A DNA stretch of 64,000 nt from assembly GCA_030141605.1 (NCBI GenBank), contig JAQGDQ010000008.1, positions 1,302,001 through 1,366,000 of the forward strand. The letters are read 5' to 3'. Origin of the DNA: Tubiluchus corallicola (taxonomy: Eukaryota > Animalia > Priapulida). The notes under the pieces were generated by a model that was not told the DNA's origin, ran no database searches, and was given only the letters and a program-made list of their open reading frames with translations. The position numbers and the translations under genes are program-made. Of the stretch, positions 44,614 to 54,249 are shown in pieces (positions within the stretch are counted from its first letter, which is position 1; every line of letters starts with the position of its first letter).

Positions 44614-45680
44614 AAAGTTAGGTGGCACTGTTCTGTTTCTAGTTTAACGTTTCTAGTTTCTAGCCACCTGCATAATGTTCAATATAACCGATCAGTATTA
44701 GAATAAAATGTGCCAATAATTACTTTGGTGCTTGTTGTTTCTTTATTTGCAAACCAAAATTTCCATCTCGTTAACTTTAAAACCTGATGGAGTATTAAAC
44801 AGCAAACGTAAAACTTCCAGACATGTTTTCTCACTAAACTTACCTTCTAGTGTCAACATCAATGGAATGAGCAACCTGCAATAATAAAGGTGCGCAATCT
44901 ATTCAGATAGGGTTAATCACCTGCACCTACGTAAAAGTGTGTTGGAACACACTGATATTGACACAAGATGGATATATAGTGTCAGCGATAAAGGTAGAGC
45001 TGTCTGGATATTAATTTGTTATACATAATGACAGGGCTTTCTTTGATGAGTATAATGAAGGTCCAGTAGGTGCAGAGAAAACAATACTGAAATTGATGTT
45101 ATTAATTGGATCCAATTCCAACGGTTAGAAGTGATTAACACCTGTCTTCTGTCCATGTGCGTTTCTTGCTGTAGTTAGAAATATATCCAACAGTAGTATT
45201 GAAGCATATCAGGAAATTTTAGAACGTTTAAATTGCTAAATTTTGAAAAAACTTTTATGCTTTTTATACTCCGTATAGTTTTAAAGCATATTTTAAGTAT
45301 GGAAATTTCAAGATTGTCAGTTGCCAATATTATCATCTCGCACATACTGCTGTAAAACTGAGTGTTTCGACTAATTGCAACGACATTCACTAAATAGAGT
45401 AGAGTAGAGTATACTTTATTTTGAGTCGGATTATACAAATATCAACTAATAGAAGTTAAAAACTATGCCTATAAAAATATCTTACCTAAAAGTCAGAAAA
45501 AATAATTAAAGCTAACCGAAATTCGCAAATAAGATAGGGCCTAACTAACGTCAATTTCATTCTTAATTACAAGAATGGTGATAATTACAAAAAATCCTTT
45601 CATTAATTTTAATTTTTTCGTGTAAATAAGTACAAATTTAGATTTGCCTCTAGTGGCGTTGGTAGATTCGCAATGCAATT

Positions 45681-45790
45681 TGGAGTCAGTTATGGTAAGG
45701 GGAGTGATTTACAATATAGAAACGTGGTAAAGGCTGAATCTGCTGGAGTCAGTTATGGTAAGGGGAGTGATTTACAATATAGAAACGTGG
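45681..45790. repeat. Perfect 47-bp direct duplication
   Basis: TGGAGTCAGTTATGGTAAGGGGAGTGATTTACAATATAGAAACGTGG at 45681-45727 and 45744-45790. Confidence 0.9.
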
Positions 45791-45974
45791 ACTGGAGTAA
45801 CGAAAATAGAAATGGGCAGGATGGAAAAAATTCAGAAGGAAACGTTACGAAAACTATTATCACTGACGGTGTCACCTAGTTATTTGGTGTGTGGCCGATT
45901 GAACAGAGAATAGATAACAAAAGGTTGATGTTCTTACATAATCTACATGTAGTAAATTCAAGTGAGTCCAGAGA

Positions 45975-46005
45975 TGTTGTTGTTGTTGTTGTTGATGATG
46001 ATGAA

Positions 46006-46041
<36 letters not shown>

Positions 46042-46044
46042 AAT
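45975..46044. repeat. (GTT)n(GAT)n microsatellite, left flank of the LTR element
   Basis: Directly visible. Confidence 0.92.
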
Positions 46045-46455
46045 TGTGAGAGACTACTACTTCATGATGCCCAAAGTCAAAAAATTCATGTTTGAGTAGC
46101 TTTATTACGTTTTATCTGTAAAACAAATCATAACAAAATATGACAAACTAATTTGAGCCAAAAAGGAAACAAAGAAATTAATAATAAAGTGAGACTGAAT
46201 AATCAAAATAAACTTACATCATGGCTCTACTACTCTTGACAAATAAATGGTTTAACTGAGACAAAACAACAACAACAACAACTCTCTTAGCCAAGAACAG
46301 ACTGCCAACTAACCAGGTAAACTAGCTCTGTCAGTAGAGCATGACAGAAAGAAGCCAAGTCAAGACTTACATATGAATGCAGTTAAAGGACAGTATAGGG
46401 GGGTTTACAGAATAAGAGAACACTGAACTAATAAAATAACCTAAAATCCTTCACA
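46045..46455 (-). repeat. 3' LTR (411 bp)
   Basis: Direct repeat of 51938-52347, preceded by the PPT; AATAAA near its end. Confidence 0.97.
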
Positions 46456-46465
46456 CCGCCCCCTT
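46456..46465 (-). other. Polypurine tract
   Basis: AAGGGGGCGG abutting the 3' LTR. Confidence 0.85.
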
Positions 46466-46521
46466 AAATGCGACTTTAATTACAAAAGCATTTACCAAAA
46501 TAATTAAGTTTACAACAGAAA

Positions 46522-47110
46522 TTACATGTGTCCTTCAATTAAACATAATTGATTAATATGTTGTCTTAGAATGCCAGAAACTGTCTTCAATGTTGCAAAC
46601 CGCACCAAACCATCTTCATCAGGACTGGCTACTACTACTCTGCCTAGAGCCCAGCTGCTTCGTGGAGTCTGGATGTCTTTAATTAGGACGATGTCACCTT
46701 CTTGGATGTTTTTCTTGGCTCTGTTCCATTTAGACCTTTGCTGGAGCATAACTATATATTCCTTCTTCCACCTTTGCCAAAATATGTTGGCCATATGTTG
46801 AATGTGGTGCCATCTTCTTGAGTACACATCACAGTCGGTGAATTTTCCAGGTGGTAGAGTAGGACCATTGCGCAGCAACAGCAAGTGATTAGGAGTCAGA
46901 GGTTCGCAATTGCGAATGTCATCTGAAACTACAGAAATCGGACGACTATTAGGATATTCTCAACCTGACAAAAATATGTGTGTAATGCTTCATCATCTAT
47001 GGTGTGCTTGTCCATGATAAAGGTAAGTGTTCGTTTTACACTCTTTATCAGCCGCCCCCAAACTCCTCCAGTGTGTGGAGACTGAGGAGCATTAAATCGC
47101 CATTCGATTA
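46522..47110 (-). pseudogene. Frameshifted integrase C-terminal part and DUF5641-type tail
   Basis: VIEWRFNAPQSPHTGGVWGRLIKSVKR...QVENIL / NSRPI...PLTPNHLL...FWQRWKKEY...GDIVLIKD...WALGRV in shifted frames. Confidence 0.88.
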
Positions 47111-50100
47111 CCTTTTTTGTAATGCCTTGGAAATGTCCTCATTGTTCCACTGCTCGATCGATCTCTTCAGTTCACGATCTGCTCCAGTTAAATTAGTGCC
47201 ACAATCAGATCGCAGCATCTTGGGTTCGCCTCTTCGACAAACAAATCTTTGGATAGCATTAATTAAGGAGTCACTTTCCATTGTATATAGCCAACGCTGC
47301 CATCTTTCTTGGATACAACTGTCCAATTCATCATCCCAAGACTTCCTGTGAAGTACAGTGGCTTCCTGAAAGAGAAGTTTTCCTCGAACAACATAGAGAG
47401 ATAAGAAGCCCAGGGGATCATACACCGAGCATAAAATGCTCAACATTCCTCTTCTAGTGTAGGGTTTCTGCTTGAGCTTGATTTTGACATAAAAAACGTC
47501 TCTGTGCATGTCCCACTCGACTCCTAAGACTCTCTCTCTAGGTAAATTGTCGTAATGCAAATCCAAAGTTTTGACCGATTTTCCACGTTTCTCTGCTGGT
47601 GTGCTTTCCAAGACTTCTTTCTTGTTGCTCAGCCATTTGGTAAGGTTGAAACCACCTTCAGCTAATAGTGAAGTCATTTGATGAACTAAGTTACAAGCAG
47701 CTTCCACAGTATCAACCGACTTTAAAAAATCATCGATGTAAAAGTTCCGTTCAACAGCCTGGGTTATTTCCTTGTCGTACTTGTCTTCATTGTCAGTGAC
47801 TGTGCGTCCAAGGGCAAAAGAAGAGATACTGGGAGACCATACACCTCCAAAGAGATGAACTGTCATCCGATAAACTTTTACAGTGTCTTCCAGATTTCCG
47901 TCTCTCCAATATAAGAATCTCAGTGGCCTGACACGGACCTGGTAAAACATGGCTTCAATATCTGCCATGACAGCGACGTCCTCCAGATGAAAGCGTATAA
48001 GAACTCCTATGAGCTTGCTAGTCAAGTCAGGACCTTGCAAGACAACGTCGTTAAGTGAGACTCCATTAAACTTGGCCCTGCAGTCGAAACCAATGCGAGT
48101 TTTATCAGGCTTGTTGACATTAAAAACTGGGAAATGAGGGATATACCATGTCTTCCCCATGACGCCTGAATCGTCATCAACTTCTTCTGCATATCCACAA
48201 GTTAACAGATTGGAGATTTCTGCTGAATACTTTTTGTGCAGTTCTGGATGTTTAGAAAGACTGATCTTCAAACTTGATAGTCTGGATTCAGCCATTGGTC
48301 GATTATCCTCCAAATTTGGATCGTGCTCCTTAAAGGGAATGGCTAATTGATAATAGTTATCAGCGGTTTTTTCTATGCTATTTTCCCAGATTTTTAGTGC
48401 ACGCTTGTCTTGTTTTGAGTGAGTTACAGTTTCATCATTGATGCATCTCTCCAATCTCCAAAATTTTTCAACCTGTGTTGACAGTATGTGATCATTGTTT
48501 ATGTCGACGTGAGCGTAATTGGCTACGTAACATAATGATTGGCTGCCGCCCCCTATGGGCCCGTTTAGAGTCCATCCGAGTGCAGTTCTGATGGCATAAG
48601 GATCCATTGGTGAAGAACCAAGTCTCACCTCAAGAGGTGCCAAGGCAACCGGTACATCCTGTCCAATGAGAAGCATGACACAGTTAAAGTCTACATCAGG
48701 AAATGAGAGGTCACTGAGATGATCTAAAGTGGACAAATCAGTCTTTTTAACAATACTCTCTGTGAGGCTTGGAAAGGCATCTATGGCATAAACTGTATTC
48801 AGTTTAACAGCTTCTTTGGCCTCTCCACAGTTGTTGCCTCTTACTGTAAGAGAAATTTTCTCAGCTGATGTAGTCTGCTTCTGACCTAATGTGGAAAGCA
48901 TCAACGATGTTTTATGTCCTTTTAGACCTAGTAGCTTCAAAAGTCTTTTACAGCAAAAGGAACGATTGCTTCCCCCATCCAGAAAAGCATAAGTAGATAT
49001 GGACTTTGTGCTGCCTTCAGACGTAACAGTTACGGCGACAACTGGCAAAACAATTTTTTCCTTTATAGAAAGTGCAGATGATGCACATACTGTGGCATCA
49101 GCTTCCATTGCCTCACTGGTTTGTGTGCCCTTTTGCTTGCTTGCATCTGATGGCAACCAACTTTCCAATGCTGCATGGAGTAAGTCAGAATGCCTTCTTT
49201 TGCAATTGGCCTGATTGCATCCTTGTCTTCGACACTGCGCTGCTCTATGTCTGCCAGGATTTAGACAATTGAAACAAAGATGTTTTTTCTTGACGTATTG
49301 GAGACGAGCATCATCTGTCATTTTCTTGAATTTTCCACATGCTCTAAGATGGTGATTTTCCTTACACATCAGACATGTCTTTGAAGCTGGCTGGTCAGGT
49401 CTCTTCTCTTTACTTGGAGTTACAACTGAAGAACTCGAATAGCTGACAAAACTGTTTACGGGATCCTTCCTGTTTTTGTAATCTTTGGCATTATCGCTGC
49501 CTCGCTTACTGACCTTTCGAGTGTCAGACAAGCAGCCATACACAGGATGAGACATCTCTTCAGAAACTTCTTGAACAAAGTTCTTTACATCAAACATGTC
49601 TGGGTTCCTATGTTCTGATCTTGCAGTTTGAGTAACCTTAGTCTGCCATCTGCTTTGATATTTGTATGGTAGCTTTTTGATCACGTCCAAGATGTTCGCT
49701 TGAGTGTTAAGCTCCCCGAGACTATTCATTGACCATAGTGTCTCTATACAACTATTTAGCAGATCAGAAAAGTCACGTAGCTTCTCTGGTTCACTTGGCA
49801 TAATGCTTCCAAACTCTTTTAATTTGTTTACCCAGGCTTGTGTTATGATGTAGGGCTGGCCAAAGCGTTCTGCCAACAATCGCTTAGCATGGGCATATGC
49901 AGTGTGTGGTTCCATATAGTTGCACCTTTCAATGACTTGCTTAGCCCTGCCTGTGCACAATTGTAGTAGACGACTAAACCTTGCAGACTCATCTGTAGTG
50001 TAGCACTCTATGCTAGCCTCTAGTCTTCTCATAAAACGCCAGTAATGTAATGGATTGCCGTCAAAAACTTCAACTTCTACTTTAGGCAAATGTAGTGTCT

Positions 50101-51688
50101 GGTAGATACTATTCTGCTGTCTTTGACCTTCCATCATAAAGTTGATCATAGCACTGAGGTCAGGATTGTGTGATGTGGACGGCTCATCCATAATATTAGC
50201 TGCAAATCTGGGAGTAGAACCCTCCATATGAATATTGTTGCCGTTCGTTGGAGATGCACGATGTGGAATAAAATGTGGAGCCATTGCACTCAAGTTTCTC
50301 ATCTGTCTACTGGGAGGCATATTTTCAGAGCGATTTTCATGTTTGAATTTTCGAAAGTCATGCATGAATGGTTGTACACGTGTCTGATATATTTGTCTCC
50401 AAACATCTACATAACGAGAAAAATGCGATGCTTCATGGCGACGCAGCACGTCCATATTCATCCAAGGCTTCTGCTGACCAATAAAGTGTACTACCTTGAC
50501 ATCTCTTTCAAACTGGCGCATTGCAGGAATGTAACCATACCTTGCATCATCATCAACATTGACCATATTGTAAGTATATGGAAGATGTTTGTCGAAATCG
50601 CCTGCCCAGTTATGGAAAAACATATTCAGCAGTCCCTGATCACCTCCATCAAAGCTACCATTTTGACAAGCAAATGCTAGTAACTGTTCATATGTTGTCA
50701 CATCCGGCTTAAACACGAAAACACCAGAATTGAATAAGTCCGGCCAGCCAACATCAGGAGCTGCGGATAATTCCTGCCTCTGAAATAAATCATCTATGTT
50801 TGCCATAACCAAAGTGTCAGCATCAAGGAAAACACATTTACTAAACTGTGTAAGTTTCCAGCAATGCAGTTTCGTGAAACTCACACCCAGCTCAGGTCGT
50901 CCCAATGCACTTAGATTTTCATGATCCAAACTGTCAATGATGTCAAAGGTCTCCACCTGATCAAAAGTCTTTTCAAGAAGAGCCTTCATCTGGACAGACA
51001 CGTCAGTAGATATCATGATTACCAACTGTCGTTGTGTGCCAGTCTGCTTCAATGAATTGGCAAGTACCAAAGCAGCTGTTGCATACTGATCGTTGGTTGC
51101 TAGCGTAACATAAGCCTCGTCTACTGATATTCTATCACACAATGAAGACTTCTTAAACCATTCTGTCACTTTAGTTTTACTTGCAAATTCGTCAACCTTA
51201 ACTTTAAAACTTTTCTGGCTTGCAGTCAGTTTATCAATATCACTTCCCAAATTACTCTCATTTTCAAGCCGCTTTTGCTTCACTTTTAGTGCTTGCAGTT
51301 TTAATTCGCACTCCTGAATCTTTAATTCATTGTCCTTAAGCTTGCGAGAATTCACAGAAAGCTTCCCACCAGTTTTAAAACTCGAGTAACCACTTTTGGA
51401 AATTCTTGACCGAGTGCTTGTGGTGTGTTGCTCCCCCATGCTACCTGTAGCATGTAGCTGCTGCATGTGGCTGACTGTAGCTTCGGCCTTGAAACTACCT
51501 GTGGGGGGTGGGCTGTCTACTGCTGGCACATGATGAGCAATAATTCTCTCCACTAGTTCAGCTTTAATTCCACCAACTGCTAAGCCTTTCTGACGAAGTA
51601 TTTCTTTTAATTGTTCTCTGGTTTTTGTTTTCAGTTCTTCTTCTGTGTATTGCTTTGCAGCCAGTTCATAAAATTTTGGCTCTGCCAT
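47108..51688 (-). CDS. Gag-Pol polyprotein: SAP - coiled coil - glycogenin GT8 - BEL Gag - Zn knuckles - aspartic protease - RT - (deletion) - partial integrase
   Basis: First ATG at 51688. Motifs: LPKVEVEVFDGNPLHY (DUF1759-type Gag); CLMC..H..C / CFNC..H..C / C..C..H..LLH (49175-49375); FLDGGS (48979); WYIPHFPV, ADIEAMFYQV, HLFG..WSP, YIDD (47729-47740); SVYDPLG; RFVCRRG..LRSDCGTN. Confidence 0.93.
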   Translation of the reverse strand: MAEPKFYELAAKQYTEEELKTKTREQLKEILRQKGLAVGGIKAELVERIIAHHVPAVDSPPPTGSFKAEATVSHMQQLHATGSMGEQHTTSTRSRISKSGYSSFKTGGKLSVNSRKLKDNELKIQECELKLQALKVKQKRLENESNLGSDIDKLTASQKSFKVKVDEFASKTKVTEWFKKSSLCDRISVDEAYVTLATNDQYATAALVLANSLKQTGTQRQLVIMISTDVSVQMKALLEKTFDQVETFDIIDSLDHENLSALGRPELGVSFTKLHCWKLTQFSKCVFLDADTLVMANIDDLFQRQELSAAPDVGWPDLFNSGVFVFKPDVTTYEQLLAFACQNGSFDGGDQGLLNMFFHNWAGDFDKHLPYTYNMVNVDDDARYGYIPAMRQFERDVKVVHFIGQQKPWMNMDVLRRHEASHFSRYVDVWRQIYQTRVQPFMHDFRKFKHENRSENMPPSRQMRNLSAMAPHFIPHRASPTNGNNIHMEGSTPRFAANIMDEPSTSHNPDLSAMINFMMEGQRQQNSIYQTLHLPKVEVEVFDGNPLHYWRFMRRLEASIECYTTDESARFSRLLQLCTGRAKQVIERCNYMEPHTAYAHAKRLLAERFGQPYIITQAWVNKLKEFGSIMPSEPEKLRDFSDLLNSCIETLWSMNSLGELNTQANILDVIKKLPYKYQSRWQTKVTQTARSEHRNPDMFDVKNFVQEVSEEMSHPVYGCLSDTRKVSKRGSDNAKDYKNRKDPVNSFVSYSSSSVVTPSKEKRPDQPASKTCLMCKENHHLRACGKFKKMTDDARLQYVKKKHLCFNCLNPGRHRAAQCRRQGCNQANCKRRHSDLLHAALESWLPSDASKQKGTQTSEAMEADATVCASSALSIKEKIVLPVVAVTVTSEGSTKSISTYAFLDGGSNRSFCCKRLLKLLGLKGHKTSLMLSTLGQKQTTSAEKISLTVRGNNCGEAKEAVKLNTVYAIDAFPSLTESIVKKTDLSTLDHLSDLSFPDVDFNCVMLLIGQDVPVALAPLEVRLGSSPMDPYAIRTALGWTLNGPIGGGSQSLCYVANYAHVDINNDHILSTQVEKFWRLERCINDETVTHSKQDKRALKIWENSIEKTADNYYQLAIPFKEHDPNLEDNRPMAESRLSSLKISLSKHPELHKKYSAEISNLLTCGYAEEVDDDSGVMGKTWYIPHFPVFNVNKPDKTRIGFDCRAKFNGVSLNDVVLQGPDLTSKLIGVLIRFHLEDVAVMADIEAMFYQVRVRPLRFLYWRDGNLEDTVKVYRMTVHLFGGVWSPSISSFALGRTVTDNEDKYDKEITQAVERNFYIDDFLKSVDTVEAACNLVHQMTSLLAEGGFNLTKWLSNKKEVLESTPAEKRGKSVKTLDLHYDNLPRERVLGVEWDMHRDVFYVKIKLKQKPYTRRGMLSILCSVYDPLGFLSLYVVRGKLLFQEATVLHRKSWDDELDSCIQERWQRWLYTMESDSLINAIQRFVCRRGEPKMLRSDCGTNLTGADRELKRSIEQWNNEDISKALQKR
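50369..51121 (-). other. Glycogenin-like GT8 catalytic domain embedded in Gag (aa ~193-443 of the listed ORF)
   Basis: EAYVTLATNDQY..ALVL..SL, RPELGVSFTKLHCWKLTQFSKCVFLDADTLV..NIDDLF, ELSAAPDVGWPDLFNSGVFV, GSFDGGDQGLLN.FF..W, KHLPYTYN, YGYIPA, VVHFIG..KPW are colinear with animal glycogenin. Confidence 0.96.
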
Positions 51689-51937
51689 TATAAACAAGCT
51701 GTGAAAAATTTATACTAGTCAAATAAACCAGTTACTGCTGAATCTAGGTCACAGAACTCAAACCAGGTATTGCAAATTTTCAATGTCACTGTCTGATCAA
51801 CACCAGGCTTGTAGGCTGTACAGCTTGTCCTGTATAACAAATGCAGTCATCATTGCTGTCCATGTCTGACTTTGTACTCAGCTAACCGCCTCCTGTCCTG
51901 TAGTTTTCCCAACAAGAATGGTAGAAAGATATAAAAC

Positions 51938-52347
51938 TGTGAGAGACTACTACTTCATGATGCCCAAAGTCAAAAATTCATGTTTGAGTAGCTTTATTAC
52001 GTTTTATCTGTAAAACAAATCATAACAAAATATGACAAACTAATTTGAGCCAAAAAGGAAACAAAGAAATTAATAATAAAGTGAGACTGAATAATCAAAA
52101 TAAACTTACATCATGGCTCTACTACTCTTGACAAATAAATGGTTTAACTGAGACAAAACAACAACAACAACAACTCTCTTAGCCAAGAACAGACTGCCAA
52201 CTAACCAGGTAAACTAGCTCTGTCAGTAGAGCATGACAGAAAGAAGCCAAGTCAAGACTTACATATGAATGCAGTTAAAGGACAGTATAGGGGGGTTTAC
52301 AGAATAAGAGAACACTGAACTAATAAAATAACCTAAAATCCTTCACA
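51938..52347 (-). repeat. 5' LTR (410 bp)
   Basis: TGTGAAGG...CTCTCACA on the minus strand; identical to the 3' LTR except for one A in a homopolymer. Confidence 0.97.
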
Positions 52348-52556
<209 letters not shown>

Positions 52557-53139
52557 TAAACACTTTATTGCTATAAAAATTACGCATCATTGAACGGTGA
52601 ACTACACATTCAAAAACTGATAGTATAACCAGTGTTGCCACTGCTGAGAGAAATAGTACTATACAATAAAATGAATTTACAATTTAAAACACAAGTGAGG
52701 CTCTAATGATTACATAATTATATAAAACCTTATGTTTTATTTCACACACTTCAGAGTATGTAACACATTTACAATACACTATTTATTTATAAACGTAGTT
52801 TTTGTAAAATATGAAGCGTATAAAATTGAAATTGGGTGTGTGATTGGCGTTTTGCATTGGTGATTAGAGTTTTTGTGTGTAATAGGTTTTTTACAATATT
52901 AAAATATGTTGCTGTGATGTAAATTCACGACAGGTTTTGATCTGCCACTGACTACAGACTACTAGGTAAACGTTGATAATTAAAAAAAAAGTGTGATTAA
53001 ATAATTTATTTTTTTTCGTATTAGTTGTTTTTTGAAGGCTAGTACAGTATATTTTTTTTATTTTTAAACTTTTAGTGTCACTGCAGATTTTACATTAAAT
53101 GGGCATGCATTTTATGTATTTATTGCCGATTTTGCAAAC

Positions 53140-53220
53140 AACCTAGCCGCTGGGGAGGGGGGGGGGTCAAGCCAGCCCAACTCAGTGCCGGTCCCAAGCC
53201 CGGATAAATAGGGAGGGTTA
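53140..53220 (+). ncRNA. Twister ribozyme (type P1), 3' cleavage-product portion
   Basis: AA-CCTA-GC...TGCCGGTCCCAAGCCCGGATAAA-TAGG-GAGGG: twister core, P2 CCTA/TAGG, and the GAGGG pseudoknot strand. Confidence 0.8.
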
Positions 53221-53643
53221 GGGTCAGGAAGGGCATGCGCCTGTAAAAACTGCGCCAAAATCTTCTATGAATGAGTCGGTGAGACTTAAAGGTAAAGTCC
53301 ACAAAGAAGTGGTCAGACCCGCTCTAATCTATGGGCTGGAAGTAGCTTCTCTAAAGAAGACCGAAGAGAAGAAAATGGGTGTGGTGGAGATGAGGATGTT
53401 GTGATAGATGGTGGGAATAACAAGAAGAGATAAAATTAGAAATAATAATATCAGAGGAACAGTAAAAGTAGTGGAAGCCTCGCAAGATTGCGATGGTATG
53501 GACACCTGAAAAGAAGAGTCGGTGAAGATCATGTGGGAAGGGAAGACATAAATGAAGAGATGGTCAACAACAGGAATGCGTGGAGAAGACTCATTCACAA
53601 CGGCGACCCCGCATAAGGAAAAGCTGGGAAGAAGAAGAAGAAG
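53140..53643 (+). mobile_element. Short internally deleted (bipartite) RTE-clade non-LTR element
   Basis: 5' UTR joined to a decayed RTE C-terminus (RLKGKVHKEVVRPALIYGLE..EMRML..GITRRDKIRN..IRG..LRWYGHLKRR); (GAA)n tail; TSD ATTGCCGATTT(T)GCAAAC(A) on both sides. Confidence 0.88.
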
Positions 53644-53681
53644 ATTGCCGATTTGCAAACAGAATTGTGTTTATATTAATA

Positions 53682-54153
53682 CAGTGGACTCTCGTTATAA
53701 GAATCAGCTCGATATAAGAATCAAAATCGCGTTTCCCGAATTGATTCGGCATTTTCCTAGTGAAAATCCGCTCGTATAAGAATCACGCTTCTTTCGATAG
53801 TAGAATCAATTTTGGCGCCAACTCCATTGTCTCTCACGCCCTGCTTACAAGGTTCTGCGCAGTGGGCGTGGCGGAAAAAAATTGTGCATTAAAATTTTTT
53901 TAAGGCAATTCTGGCATCATGAAATATTTACCCAACCATGAAATGAAAACATTAGTAATTTTTAGGTCCTTTTTAGGCCAGAAAAACATTATGCTGTTTC
54001 ATGTCGTTTCTAGCGTAATTTCGGGAAATAAATAATTTTTATGTGCATAAAATTTTTTTAAAGCAATTCTGGGTCATGCTCGTTATATGAATCGCTTGTT
54101 ATAAGAATCACTTTGCCTTCTCCCGAGGTGATTCTTATAACGAGAGTCCACTG
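53682..54153. mobile_element. Tc1/mariner-pogo (Tigger-like) MITE
   Basis: Perfect 25-bp TIR CAGTGGACTCTCGTTATAAGAATCA; TA TSD; internal ATAAGAATC repeats. Confidence 0.92.
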
Positions 54154-54249
54154 TATTTGTGTTTATTTGTTTTATGCTGTGCGTTCTTTGGTTTAACGTT
54201 TTTTCTATTGTAAATGGAAGCTGCTTGGCACTAAAAGCTGGCATTACAG

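Larger units (their letters stand above)
46045..52347 (-). mobile_element. BEL/Pao LTR retrotransposon, internally deleted, carrying a glycogenin domain
   Basis: TG..CA LTRs at 46045-46455 and 51938-52347; 5-bp TSD ATAAT (46040-44 and 52348-52); PPT; BEL-type Gag, triple Cys/His cluster, protease, RT, integrase remnant. Confidence 0.97.

Noticed and set aside
50369-51121. Glycogenin as an ordinary host gene or a separate processed pseudogene merged by the ORF caller
   Set aside because: It is in the same uninterrupted frame as upstream SAP and downstream Gag, lies between the LTRs, and has no own stop, poly(A) or TSD
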